A program made the translations under genes and the position numbers. A stretch of DNA of 64,000 bases from assembly GCA_040954595.2 (NCBI GenBank), contig CM082578.2, forward strand, positions 12,462,520 through 12,526,519, written 5' to 3'. Shown one piece after another: positions 1-14,528 of the stretch; the stretch's first letter is position 1, and every line of letters starts with the position of its first letter. This DNA comes from Balanoglossus misakiensis. Taxonomy: Eukaryota; Animalia; Hemichordata. Below the pieces are notes generated by a model. That model was not told the DNA's origin. It ran no database searches and saw only the letters and a program-made list of their open reading frames with translations.

Positions 1-40
1 TGCACAGTTTTATTGGCAGCAGAGAACACGAAATGTACAG

Positions 41-225
41 TGAATGAATGAATGGATGAATGAATGAATGAATGAATGAATGAATGAATGAATGAATGAA
101 TGAATGAATGAATGAATGAATGAATGAATGAATGAATGAATGAATGAATGAATGAATGAATGAATGAATGAATGAATGAATGAATGAATTAGTTTGTTGG
201 TTAGTTGGTTGGTTGGTTGGTTGGT
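41..225. repeat. Compound microsatellite (TGAA)n followed by (TTGG/TTAG)n
   Basis: About 37 near-perfect TGAA units at 41-188, then TTGG-type units to ~225; explains the spurious FIHS-repeat ORF 10..408. Confidence 0.97.
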
Positions 226-1271
226 CGATCGGCATATTTTTATTTCAAACATTATCTCCGTACATGTACTGGTATCTCGATCACCATGGCTCCGAGGCCT
301 TCTCTCTGTGGGCGACCAACTTTGAGAATTCAACCCAATACATGTACACACATACACTGACCAAACGCTAAGAAACCGAGGCACGTTTGAACATATCCCT
401 GGGAGCAAGTAAGCGTTTTACATCGCTGTCAAATTAGACGCTCGAGATTGCCCGCGGATCAAGAACACAAAAAAAGATCGGTTCTTGAGAGCCAAGGCAC
501 GGAGTTCAACTGAGAGGAATTTCGAAGGGATGATTAACGAAGCAAAATGCAAGTACTTTTCTTCTGAAGGGACTTTTTTGTGAAGTTGATAAGAATTACA
601 GTTAGTGACTTTATTTGGTGTGGTACAGTGCAGCCGAAATCCTTATTCACGATTTGCTTTTTTTGTATAAGTTGCCGCGATCAATAATACTGAGGGGCTT
701 TAGCATCTAAGCTAAAAGGTGCGTGAGGAACACAATGAAGCCGTTAAAGGAACTTGTCACGCTTGTAACGAAGTTACTCGGCTGATAGGTCGGGCTTGCT
801 AAACGCATTTCAGTCAAATAACACCGGGCAATGCTCACCGCTACGCCGGCGTTGCATTTCTCGACTTCTCCCCGTTTTTTTCCCGTGTTATGAAACACTA
901 ATCAAGGGAACACTTGAAAGCCGGGGATGCGTGTAATGCGATAAAACTCCGCTCTCGGTTAAGTATTTTAATTGAAAGATAACAAACGAAGTGTGACGCA
1001 TTTATACGGCGCTGGACCGTGTTGGTCGAAAGTGTGCCCGCCGTCTAGTCGTGTCATTGGGGCGAAAATTAAATCCGCCATTAATGGCTTCATTTCCCGA
1101 TACAGATGTTGCAATATTCTATGTCCAACCACTATCGAGGTCGCCGTCGACGGTTACGGGTAATTGGATACACCTCGGTTGTTTCGACTGCTCTAAACAG
1201 GATTATATATCAGAGAGATATTTTTCTTCTCTTTATTGAAACTCTAGATCAATCGATTAAGAAAAGCAAGA

Positions 1272-1295
1272 CTCTCCCTCTCTCTACCTCTCTCT

Positions 1296-1328
<33 letters not shown>

Positions 1329-1329
1329 C
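1272..1329. repeat. (CT)n-rich microsatellite
   Basis: Interrupted CT/C-run polypyrimidine tract seen directly. Confidence 0.9.
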
Positions 1330-2633
1330 ATCCACGTTTCAAACACTAAATGACTCAATATGGGTAAGCCGAACTGATTGACAGATACTCAATAAAACCA
1401 TACGAGGTATTTCCAATCACAGAGATGTTCGGCAGTTTAAAAAGCTTCTCATATATGACCCCGATTAACCCCGCGACCAGTCAGGTGATCCCCGCAGTAT
1501 ACGACGGAGTCATCCCGCCACTCAACCCGAACGACCCAAACATGAGCATATACCCGTTCAATGATCTGTTGGTAACCCGCATCGAGATATGACGTCAGCG
1601 TCGCTTTGCAATAATACTAGTAAATCATTTTCATGTATGTATTTTCAATCATTGCGACTGACCGGCCGCATGCCCGCAGAGCGCTGCACAAGTGCTTTAA
1701 CTAGGCGCACAGAAAGACGAGTCCCTGCGTCTTGGACTTGGTACGCAGCTAATCATGCGCGCATAACGTCTTTCTTAATAATCTCGTGGGGAGGGACGCT
1801 ACATATAGACACAGACTTTGTCTGTGATATAGATGACACGCTTATGCGAGATTGAACCCGGCAGGAGATTCCTCCTACATTTGTAACGTTTTGCTTTTTT
1901 CACTTATTTGTATATTTCACTTTCTTTTTTCATCCAACGTCAATCACTGAATGATTTTTGTAGAATTTTGCATTGTGCAGAAATCGCGTGTTTATTTCTT
2001 TATACAAGATTCTGTCCGCTTTCACTTGGTCCCCGTACTGTGTTTGCATCCGTCAGCCTTATTCAATTATGAACTCTCAACGCGAGACTTCCCGCCGAAT
2101 TGTGATCATGGGACTGCATATTCCGATACAACCACACAAGTAAAATTGTCCCTCAGGGAAAAGTCGTTGAAAATGATGACTATACTCTCATGGTAATGCA
2201 CATGCGCACACCGCTCGCGTCGTTGTTGTTCGTGGATTTGTTCCATTGGATTTTCTGTCTGTTTCTTGTTTTGAACATTTTATCGCCTTCAGCTTCAGTT
2301 CGGTTCAGTATTTCACGACGCAAATGACCAGGTCTGAGGCAAAAATAACTCGAGCCTCCCCGCGCGGTTGTTTAATCACGGCTAGAAATTACCCATGCAA
2401 TAATGCCAAAAGAAAATGATTGACAGGCGAAAATAGTAATTGTTCACTCCGTCGTTTGTTTTGAAGAGACACATATCTTTTCTGGGTCAACATTTACACC
2501 ATAATCTGAGCTCGCCCGTTTTATTTTAAAAGCATATATTGTATTTATAAAATATCCATATTTATTTAGAAAAACGAAATCTAAAATTTCGGCGACTTAT
2601 CGTAGACTGTAGCTATTTGGGACCAAACTGTCT

Positions 2634-2669
<36 letters not shown>

Positions 2670-2670
2670 G
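2634..2670. repeat. (GACA)n microsatellite
   Basis: About 9 tandem GACA units. Confidence 0.95.
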
Positions 2671-5600
2671 GAGAGAAACGTCAGTTCATGTGAACCTACA
2701 GACTGAAGGAAAAGGTGTGATTGCGTGACAATTGTATCCACCATTCTATTATTCTCACGGGATTATGACTCATACTTTAGTACAAGTGGTGTCGTTATCA
2801 CCTTCCACGCAGGCGCACCTTCTTTGTATCCACCCCCAAAGTAGGACATCCACGCGATAGGCATTCCTCCATACCCTATCGGCGTTGATGGTGTGTCGGA
2901 CAAAGAGAAAAAAATGTGCCCTATATATACACGCACGCACGCACACACGCACGTACGCGCATACACGAAACCTTGACCGACGTTTTGCTTTGTTTTGTCC
3001 GTTGCTGTCGTCATCCAACATTACATCAATCCGCGATTCGCATTTTGAGTCCCTTCATTGATTGACAAACCGCGGTCTCTCGTGTCAACTTAGCCGGAAA
3101 GGTCGTTTTCGCATGAATAGTTTTAACGAACAACTCTTCGTGTCATACAACTGCTACTGGCACATATACTGCGTTCCCGGCATTTGACGACAGGGTTCCG
3201 CGGGGGATATTTGTGACGGGCACTGGATGGTATGAAAATGAAATGTTATATCAATATTTTTTATTTATCCATCTGTTTGAGTTTCTGTGTCAAACAAGCA
3301 AACTGTGATCCCATCGGCGAGATGCGGCGATGTGAACTCCGTTTTTTTTATAGTGTGACGTGAACACGGTGGCCGAGTCATAGATTTGCCATGCAGCGAC
3401 TATACATGTTGGTTCATACGATTCAAAGATTCTATAAATTACGGAAACTGTTGTCCCCCCCCTTCTGGTCATGTCGCTTGGTTCGGCACATTTCGGATAG
3501 GTAGTACCCCGAGTAGGGATAACAGATCGAAACCGGGTTGATTTTCCATGTCCCCCGTCCGCCACCATGATAGATGTCGAGGCGACCTAAATATTTGTCA
3601 TACGCACCACTAACTCAGTTCGCATTACTCTTTTTTTTTGGAACACGTAAACATTTGAAATGCGACAAATTTAAGGATGTATGCATGCCGCTGCTGTTTG
3701 GGGATCGGGGTCAGTGGAATCGCAGTAGACGACAATCAAATTGCCGTGGGTCGACGACACGTGTAAATAAACGTGCGAATATTATTAGATATAATGAGGG
3801 GATATCTTAATCGTTTAAGGAGACAATTACCGCAACGGTGTCAAGGGTATAGGTGCTGTGTTTTATACTTGTTTAGGCGACAATAGGTAAATATCGGCTC
3901 GGAAGGCCTTGCACAATGCACGGCAGCCTGGTGACCGACCATCCGCGAACATCTGTTTCGGGTTGGAGCAGAATTTGGTTGAATGATCCGATTTCTGGTC
4001 GAATAATCTCCACCGCGTTCTCTTGATTACTGTTTTGACACACAATATGGTTCCCCCACATCGTCATCACTTGTACCGCCAAGTTAATTTCCATGCACGT
4101 GACAAAAGATCCGTGCAGAGGCACCGTCATTGGTCGAGAATTTCAGTCCGATACTCGGTGACCAATGAAAAGGCCGGACTATACTGCAGGTTGAAGAAAA
4201 GAACGCCTGTCTTGCATAACTCGAAACACTTAACACCGCCGAGAAATATTATGTAATTGTTTTCATTTCTACTAGCAGAGAAGGGACAGCCGTTCCTATT
4301 TTGGTTTTGCGTGACGTCGACCCGGGGGACGTCGACGCAACATGCTCCCTTGGTATGCCTGTGCGAACCAACTGTAGGCCTAGTACATGTACAAGCCGTA
4401 CGGCATCACCGATACGATGATGAAAGACGCCAGGGCAAACCGCACTTATAAATAGCAATACACTTTCCTCGTAGCCGCGAAGTGGATTTGGCAACTGAAG
4501 CGCTTTTTAAAATGTTTATTTGCAGCCGACTGAAAGTAATAGTATCAGTTCCATCGGAGCTTGAAGAAACGGGGCAAAGTTGGGTCAAACGGTGGACGAT
4601 TTCTGAAACATGCTCTGTTTATATTTTTTAAAGATTTAGTTGATTTGGCAGTATGAGTCTCGTATATAATTGATTTGTCTATTGAATGCCTATCCAATCT
4701 GGTTCGAAGAAAAATATGGCGCGAATGTCCGATGGGGTAATGCGATTTCATGCATTTATAGCGACTTTATTATCATAGCTCCTACTCGTGTTGCTATCGG
4801 GTAACACAATTGGAATAAATGATATTCTGTTTAGAGATTGGATTGGTATGCTCCAACTTCTGATATGATAATATGCCAGTTTGTACTTATGGCGATTGAC
4901 TAATGAAATCTGGTAGAAGTAACTGCCGCGCGCGCGAGGTAGAGGGAGAGAGAGAGGAGGGGGTTGAGGGAGAAATATTTGACTCCCTTGCAATCGGTAA
5001 AAGGCATCGGATTTCTTCGCCTTCTATACAAGCACTTATACCCCGCTCGTGTTCACCAGTGGCAGTGGCTATAGCGACTGGGTTGCCGTGGTAACTACAC
5101 TACTTGCGTAGGTATGGCGATGCCATTAGGCGTAATGGGCGACGTGTTCCAATCTCGGTTACCAGTCAACTTTCATCAAGTTTTAACAATCTCTTGGCCA
5201 GCTCCACCGCGCCGTGAATGCGGCGAAAAACAGGGCAAACAAAAGAAAGTACGACTCGTTTGGTAATCAATCAGCGCAGAGGCGGGTACTTTCACATTTT
5301 TGTCATGTAACATTTGACGGCAAGACGCGGCTTCTGACCCAGAAGTCTAAACAACATGCATGCATGAAAGGCACTCTGATGTAATAAACCCTACCGACAA
5401 GAAGGCTAAGGGGAAAGTGAAAGCTTAGACAGATGACTGTCGCGTGGCGTCGAAGTGATGCCGTCCTCGTTCGCAACACTCACAGCAGTAATTTGCACCT
5501 TCCACAAGAGACAGCAACTGTAACTTTTTAGATTTTTTTTTCAGAATCTCTCCCAAATTTACCACGGGTTGGCGTTTGTTCATTCAAATCTCGTTCTGTA

Positions 5601-8600
5601 CGTGGTTAGGACCACGTTGGTGATAATTTACTTGTAACAGGGTTATTGACCCGACCACTCAAAAGTTCACATTAAAGTAGCTTTATTACACGGAACATTT
5701 TATGGGCTCATTGGAAGGGATGGGGAGAGATAGAGAAAGACGCTATTCCACATGCACAGCTATATACACTCCCGTGGATTGGAAATTCTCAGTGTAAATA
5801 TAATCTGGTATTAAAGGAAAGGCGGTGACCAACAACTCTCCTCTAAGTATATGACTCTAAGCTTTATATTCTGTTTGCATAGGGTTTAATCTGGGGATGA
5901 GAAATTGGCAAATTGCTATATAATTGAAGAAGAGTATACGAGCTTCTCGATAAAGGGTGATAACCGTAAAAGGTAAAATTAAATTGGCTGGAAGATGTTC
6001 ATTTCATGCCGGTATAGCTCAGTTTCATGTCGGCTATGAAGGAACTGCACGGCGGAAGGCTTTATTGAATAGTAAATTCGGCCATAATACGGGATACTTC
6101 CCTGCCACTTCGCTCGTTTCTTGATCCCAGTCGTACGCATTCTATCGCCCCAGACAACGCTGGCGCGGGATTGTTTTTATCCGGAATTAACTGTCCGTCA
6201 TGATACGCAGTACTTATATAAGGGGCGATCGATCTAATTTGGACTCGTTCCTGTGCTACGCCCGTCATAATCAGGCGGCGTAATTTTATTGATTGTTATT
6301 TTTCTTAAGTTGCAGTTTGAAATTGACGTGAATTTGTGGGCTGAGAAAGCGCGCGGAGTCGATTTCTTGACCATATGGAAAGTACCCAAATTTGGATTAA
6401 ACACGAACTCTTGGCTTGTTAGGAAATGTTTAAAAGAGTTCGAAGTCAACACCGCGATCCGAAAAGAAGGTCGATCTTTGTGATAAATTGTCTGTCATAA
6501 CGTTTGCAAAAACGGGTTTTAAAAATTGAGATTACCAATATACACACCCAGAACTACTGTAGCACTGGCATTTTGCACTAGTGATACGCGAATCTAGCTA
6601 TAGGGATTTGATGATTAAAGGGGAACAAAAGACGTGATCAAAATCGCGTGATGGCGCTTATGAAGTGCTGAAATGCAAAATTAATGGTTAGAGTCCGCCA
6701 TTGAAGAGTATTGAATGATCCAAAAATGCATAATTTAAGATTATGTAGGGTTGACCTTTATAATGTGAATGGCGCGCGCCTATCTTTACGTACTGGGAAC
6801 ATGGTCACCAGGGAAACGGAGGTGTGGGGTTTGCCATCGAGGCGTAGGCGACTTGAAAGGATATTGCAAGCGATAAGTAGTGACCAGAACCATGTCAAAT
6901 TACTTAAAATCGTGACAAGCACAAAGGCGAATCTTTAATTTATGCTGATGTGAAACTTCACTTGTACCCGTGCAAGCGAACGCTGCCAGCTAAGCAAAAG
7001 GTTTTTTTTCAATTTTGCATCGTTCTTCGGACCGAAGTACAACTTGCGAGCTTCTGTCTTATACCTTTTTCTGTATCACGTACAAAGTCATCGACCCTAT
7101 ATGGAATATTTTTGTCGGACTCGACTCTCCCTTTCTGTCATGTGCAATTACTGTGCCGCACTGCATCAATAACACCAGAAGCTTATATTGTGTTAAAATT
7201 CAAATTTACCTTTTTGAACTTTGTCTTTTAAGTGCCTTGAACTTGTCAAGACTGTGTCAGATTGAACACAAAAACCGTGAGTGCGCGATCGCCTTCCGCT
7301 ACACGCCTGACTCAACATGGCTTAGCCGTCATTAAGAGAGGATGCATCTCAAGCGATTTGTGCGCTATTTTAAGGTGTATTGGGGGTTCAAGTTCAAATT
7401 GGTTATTGACGCTGTGTGATTGCATGTCCGGCGAATTTCATGAAGTGTGTAGTACAAGTTCAACGGCCCAATTGCCAGTAGTGAGTATTACAACAGAACG
7501 TTTGGCTCCAAATGTTGCGAACACTCCTATAGAAGTTTGTGACGAATCAATACAGTGCGCACTTTTTATAGTACTTCTCCTTGCAATCCTGCCCGCTCGG
7601 CTTCTTTCAGCGATAAGAGCAACATCAGCGAGATGATCGGTTCACACTGAGAGGGAAGTCGAACTAATTAGTTTCCAAGCTTTCACGACTCCACCCTCCT
7701 TGTAGAGCAATGATCTGTTGACGATGCAATTTAGAGGAGTCATTTCCTGAGGCGATCGTGCCCAGAATACCGCCAGTTAAATTAAAAGTGAAATGTACCC
7801 TCGTAGCTCACTGAGCTGGCCTATGCGTTGAAATGGAGGGTAGTAATGGTTGTGGTGCTGGTGGTTCTTGCTCTTTACCAATTTTAAACTGTATCTGCAA
7901 TTTTTAGCATATCTTTAATCAACAGCATTTTACAATCTTCTCCTGATCCTATTAGTCGATAGACGACAACATTTTGAATTTGTGGAGGTTTTAATAGCCC
8001 ATGTGTGCATACCACGTTACCATTCTAAGTTTGTAAGTAAAACAATGAAAATAGAGGCTAAAAGGACAGCTATTGGGGCTTTAATGACGACAGCACTCGA
8101 TAAAGGTACCGTTCTACGTACACGACACTTTTCAACGCTGATGTCAAGAGAAGGTTTCCCGAACACTGTTACCTTGAAAGAAAGTAAAAGTAGCATGGTC
8201 ATGTGACTGGTTTCAGTTTGAAATGTACGAGCGAGTCTCGGGGGACGCCGGTAAAAGCGCTCGATTTGCGTGAAAACTTTGACCCCCAACCGAAAGGGTT
8301 GGTGTATTCTTAATAAGACGGCGAGCTTTGTAGATCTTTATGCAATTTAGAACAAAATGTTCCCTCGTCATTTTTTTTGTTCGCTGAGGCTTTAGCAATT
8401 CGCGTTCACCCGACTTGTCGCCGTGACTGTGTAACGGCGGGGTGAAAGGTCAGCTGCCTGACGTGGATGCCATTGTGTGTCTCTCGCCGACCTACGAGCG
8501 CAGTATTGTAATGCTGTCGACGATTCGAACTGACAGCGTCGTTTCATAGTGACATTTATGGACGCCTTAACCCTTTTACGAACGTTACTGCTAGACGGAA

Positions 8601-11600
8601 AAGAATCAGATTTGATTCGATCAATTAACCGGCAGTGCCCTCTTGTATATTTTATTGTATAATTAATGTACGAATTACAGAGCGGCAGGTGCTTGCTGAG
8701 AATGTTGTAATCGCCTGTTTAGGATAACATTCGTTAACTTTTAAAATCTGTATTATGTCCTTCAGACTCTCCCTGTGCTGTAAATCGTGTTTTTTTCTAA
8801 CCAATTCAACTTAATTTATGTTTCTGACCCTCGATGGCCTATTTGAAATCGCTGCACACTTTCACGAATTATAGAAGGGACTAAAGTATAGCCGTGGCCA
8901 ATCCTTTCCCATGACATGTCTTTGCAAAGGGTAGTACATTTGGATCTAAAAGATATACTGCCGCATGCATGACGTGTCTAGTGGTATTTTTTCCAACTTC
9001 CGCACCCTATTAACAATTCTAAGTGCGTCTGTACACAAATTTCCTTTTACGCCTTCTAATGCACTGCTGCGAATATCTTTAATAACGGGATGAGAACGCA
9101 CGCTAGAATTCCCGCCATTCGAATCAATTTATCGGCAGGGTTAAATAAGGTTTCAGTGCATTTTTGCTGTTGGGGGAGATGTCTTCTTCGGGGTGAAGAA
9201 TCGCTCGGTGTTGCCACGGAGAGAAGTGTCGGCAGATCGTCGCGTGGCGCTATTGTAAATTTTAAATATGCAAACTTCCTGTCTACGGTGGTGTGTACTA
9301 CAGACGTTGGGGCGAGTGCGTTGACACGGACGAAAATCACCTGTTACGATATTTCGTGAGCGCTGGTGGTAAAAGCAATGCTCTCGAAATATGCGACTGA
9401 CATGTCAGTATAGAGAGCGTTATCCGTTCGTTGCACCAACTATCATAATATCCACGGAGATACACGTCACCCATCTTCTCAACCATGCAACGCGCGTCAG
9501 ATTTCGAACTTGTTTTCGTGGAATTAAATAAAACTGACAACAAGCTATCTGGATGGTCCCGCATGCATGTGTACTCTGTAATTGAATTGCATTGAGGGCT
9601 AGTGTTTCTGAAGTGTCTTACAATGGTCCACTCGGGAAAAATCTAAACAAACTCACGCGCGCTCTGCTGGCTGCTTGATAATCGAGGAGGGTGATATCGG
9701 CTTCTGATGCCGATTTATTGGACAGATTGAGAACTCTTACTCTTGCTCCCATCAATATAGATGGAGCTTTCTGGTACATACAGAACTATCTTGCACCTTT
9801 CCCCCGGGGGTGCGACTGTCGTGATCGTCGTCAGACGTGATTAGACATTCGTTGCAAATTACGAGGAAACCCATCACGAACGACCATAATTCACAAAGGT
9901 CCCCCAAGTCATGTGGGCCGAGAATTATTCACCGTTTACGTTGGTAACTCCGAGAGATCGATTTACATAAGCACGGGATTGTATTCGGAATGGAATTAAA
10001 CATGCCTAAGTTGGAAATGCGCATTCCCCCCGCGGGAGCATATATTTTAGATTTCATATTGAGCATGTTAGTTGTAATTAATGGTTCAGACAATATATGC
10101 GCACGTGGATCGACGTAACGAAAAACTGAGCATAGATTGGAGACTGGTGTCTATGTATAGTTTTATTGTTCATAGCACATTGTTACATCATGATAAAAGA
10201 AACACTTTTAACGGGTATTGGATAATAATAAAAATCGATATCTACTTTGTCTAACCGTCAAAAGACATCTCAATGACCGACAAGTACTACGTGTAGTAGT
10301 TTCCTTACTCCTTCAGCCGTTCATCGCGCCCGCCTTTATATTTGCAGAAAACTGCACCAAAGCCAGTAAAGTAGCGCGAGACAAACGTAGGCTTTGAGCG
10401 CAAGGTAAAACTTCCGTCTCGTCGTTTCGTAAAGTATACGGAACAAGGTTTTGTACGGTGAACCATAGTGGCTCAGCTTATCACTGGTGCGACGCACGCT
10501 GCCACCGTAATTATAACTGTTATCACATGCTGTTTCTTTACTTCTCCCCAGAAAATAATGAAGTATTCAAAATTTGCGGAATTAAATCTTCATCCGCAAA
10601 ACAGGTGACAATAATCGTTGCTAATCGACGGAAAGCTGTCAGTCAATAATTTGCCAAACGGCCATTGAATACTCTTCGGAGGCATTCAGCTCTGAAGAAA
10701 TGACTCTTGTATTGCGGTGTGCGTGACACAGAGCGTCGCCAAGCATGTCAAATTACCTTTGAAGTACTATCATTGCCGTCTACTTTACCGGGCGGACAGT
10801 TACATGTGGGCAGCCATGTTTAGCTGCGTCGAAACTATCCGGAGAATGACGTGTTCCAATTTTGAAACGCCGTCCAGGGCCGGAACTGTCGGGGAAGGAT
10901 ATCACGTTTATCGACAAACTGGGGCGAGCTATTATGTCAAAATTCCTGAACACGGATTCAAATCCGTTTCAGCATAATGTGCAACCTCCGCTAAGAAAAG
11001 TTTCGCGGTGTAAAGGATGGCCCTGACTTCATACACGGTGGCCCACAGTTCACACGCGATGTTAACGAACCCACGCTGTCTATAACAAGCCTCGTCTGAG
11101 CGAATGTGTCTCACTCTTCAGAGCGCATCACCGTTTATCACAACACACTATGAAATGCTATTTATTTGTGTTTGAAATACCGTTGTGTGTTTATGGCGTG
11201 GATAAGCGCCGCTACAACGTATATGGCAGTGTATATAGAAGTTATAGAAATGTCTTCTGAAGCGAGTTCTTCATGTACATACACATACATGTACGTACGC
11301 ACCGACTCCTGGTGCTGGACCATGTGGACAGGACTGTTCCATCTAAGATTCTCATTTAAGCGTTGCCCTTGTCTTTAAACTTCCCATGCCGGCCTAAGCC
11401 TACAATGAATGCGTTGCAACACTGGGCACTTTATGAGGTATTTTAGGGCAACATAACTTTCAGCAAGATCAAAGCCGCAATCTCCAAGCGACCCAACAAT
11501 ATTAAATTCCGACTTTCATAAATTCCGACGGTAATTCGTCTTTAAGTTACGAAATGTTAATCTGTCGTTTATTAATCGTAACTTTATATTGCTTGTTTTC

Positions 11601-13644
11601 AAAGTTATGCACGGGTGACATGATTGCCCCTTCGACTATAGGACAGCGATGTCTCGGTAATTTAGCGACCGCATATATTTTATAGATAATTCTTTTACAA
11701 GCCATGGCTGTGTGGTTATGACGTGTAATGAAATTTGAAAACATATGTAATGAAAGTTTAATGACATTAATTCGAATGTAGTGTTTGACCTTAAGGTTAT
11801 GAGATCTGTCGCAGAAAAAAGAGATGCCCATATTATTTGTCAGAGTTGTGGTGATTCCGCGTTTTCAATCGTTGTACTATGCGCCGACGACTGGAATACT
11901 TGCTTTGGTTAAACACCTGTCAGGGACGACAAGACAAGGACGTAGGGCGACCTGTTCTTATAGAATCTGAAACACGTGGCTTGTGTTCTGACTTGAGTTC
12001 TGTACGGCTCTGGTTTCTGACCTCTTATCATTTGGCTTAGGCTGCTTGCGAATTCTTTACCACATGATTGAAAGTTTACACTTACGGTAGATTGAGTACT
12101 ATTAGGGGACATCAACCATCATAAAATGCCCCACGGTGTATCGTTCCCTACGACTCAGCTGTTCCACTACCACTTCCAATAAATTCTTCATGGTTATTCC
12201 CCAACATAAACACCACCCATCAATAAACTTTAATATTGAATGCATCCTAATCGACATTTAAGGGGCCGGGTCGCCATCTTAATTTTTGTTATTTTTAGAA
12301 CATGGCGATGTTGTTGTGCCGACGGAAAACCTGGGAATCGTCGTCAGCCATTTAAACTTCCCTCACAATTTGCTCCAGGTGTAGATGGCACATAAACAAA
12401 ACGGTGACGTAATTCGCGGTGCGTACCATGTATAACGTCAATTCGTACTGTCTATTACTTTACATTAGCATATTAAAGTTACCGGTGGTCACAAATTTGA
12501 TGATGAAAGTATGGCCACATGGTTGAATTCCCCTCCGCATTTTCGTTTTAGCGACTGTGGAATTTTTACGTTGAGCTCATGAACAATTATGGCGGTACCC
12601 AGAACACCGCGGATTGGCGGAGATATGAAGCGATGAACCGAACGAAGATCTCTGTCGTTTAAACGTTTGTCGTGATGCGCCACACTCCGTGTCTGTAAAC
12701 AGAATTTGCATACATATTGTACGCTTCGGGCTTTAGAGAAGAAACGCTCGTCGGGTATCGACGAACCTTAAACCTCGTGCTATTTTTGGACGCGGCGATG
12801 ATGTCATTGGGTTCTGCGTGTCATGCAAGTAGGCCTACATAGCATACGAGCAGGTATAGGGGTCTAGATACTGTAACAGCGTACGTGGGAATAGCGTTAG
12901 GCGGATTGAAATGAAGGAAGTTCGCGACTGCTGTCGACTATGAATCAGATGATTGCAGAAAATGACACCAAAGCCATTCAATCTATAGAATATTAAAACA
13001 GAAACCCGAAACCATTGAATCACGACGGTCTCGAAGGCGAGATATCCGATAACATATGCTACCCGATAATGTTAGTTTTTTACATAAAAAATACTCGCGA
13101 AATGGTCACACAATTCGAGTCTGACAAAGCATTCAATATGGCGGGAATCCGTGGTGTCCCCAAGCCAGAAAACGTCACAGACATCATCAACTGATAACCC
13201 ATTTTCAACCAGACGCGTCTTTCCATCGCCGATACTTTAACTCGGGTCGGAAAGGTATCTGAGAAAATTCACTAGTACAGTTCCTTCTGACAGGATCGAA
13301 GTGCCATTCTTTGGAAATGAAAAGCGAACATAATTTTAAATGGTGAAAGTTATAAGTTGTGTAATTCCACTGTTAAATGACGTCATAGAAGATATAAGAG
13401 GGGAATTGCACTTCCACTGATTGGCTGTATTGGTAGATATGATAAGAACAGGAGGTCATAGGTCATGAATTGAAAGCCTTTCTAATAAAAACACACCTGT
13501 CACTGTTTTACTGACAACGTGGACTGCACAAACAGTTTTTTCAAAGAAGACAAAACAGACTGCAAAACGTCTGTTCCATTTATAGACACAATGGCAATAT
13601 ATACTAATGGTAGATTCTTTAATAAACTGACTGTATTTGCAATA

Positions 13645-13960
13645 GCATTAAATGCTCGGTTCTCAAACCTCAATTAGGTTAAAGTCGATTCTAAATCTCC
13701 AGTCCTCGCATTAGTGGTTGTGTACACTGCTTACTTAAGTTGTCGTTTTAGGTCCTTTTTTCACTGAATTGAGATTCCTGACTACACAATTCTCGTGGTT
13801 GCGATGCGACATGGGTTTACTGTTAAATACTTAGATGCATACGTAACCATGTCCAAAAAGAACATTCTTGACAAAGACATCATTAAGACTCCTGAACAGT
13901 GTTATGGAAATACCATTTAGACCTAAGCCAAACAACGGTTTTGGTATATTCCTGGAAATT
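13645..13960 (+). mobile_element. Possible highly decayed LINE (CR1/L2-like) APE-endonuclease remnant
   Basis: One frame reads LNARF...VVVYTAYL...IEIPDYTIL...RHG with internal stops, followed after a frameshift by VLW..(I)RPK. The order and spacing resemble the NARS/TETWL/IPGY/GGG/LW motifs of LINE endonucleases. Weak, by-eye match. Confidence 0.25.
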
Positions 13961-14474
13961 CCACAGGTAGAACGGGCAAGTGGGTAAGACATGAAATGGC
14001 AACTTTCGGCGTAACAGTTTGGTCCTCACCAAAGCATATCATGCAATATCATTCTGGATTTTGTCAGTTACAGGTAAACATTTCGAAAGAACTTTAATCA
14101 GTTTTAATGGTATGGAGACAAAGTCTGCGCAAGATTACTCGATTTTTTTTTGTCCTGGCTTATCTAATCGCGACGCAGATTAGAGTATGATAAGAAACGT
14201 TGGGGATTACCGGATAGTTTGGGCCATTACTAACAATCAGTGTATCCAAGGTTACAAGACAAGGGTCCATTTATCGCGCAAAGTGATTTCCAGACGCTCA
14301 CCTGTCAGCTAGGACGTGACACCGAGTCTTGTAAATAACGCATAAGTACCTGGGAAAGTGATTGTCGTTTGCTAATGGTCGTCCCTAATCTACTGCTTGG
14401 CGTGCACCAGATTATGATGTATCCAATAAAGTTGGCAAAAAATAATGAAACAGGCTAAGCGGTGCTGATTTGGA

Positions 14475-14499
14475 GTGTGTGTGTGTGTGTGTGTGTGTG
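14475..14499. repeat. (GT)n microsatellite flanking the satellite array
   Basis: About 12 GT units, 30 bp left of the first 87-bp unit. Confidence 0.95.
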
Positions 14500-14528
14500 C
14501 TTGAATGGATGTATGGGTGAATGGATAC

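Noticed and set aside
10-408. 132-aa ORF with FIHS repeats
   Set aside because: Translation of the (TGAA)n microsatellite.
9696-9785. Three consecutive short hairpins suggesting a structured RNA or hammerhead
   Set aside because: Stems are only 5-8 bp, there is no CTGATGA...GAAA core, and this is compatible with chance.
10946-10972. Near-perfect 12-bp hairpin containing a B-box-like GGATTCAAATCC
   Set aside because: No A-box or cloverleaf around it, so not a tRNA or SINE that I can support.
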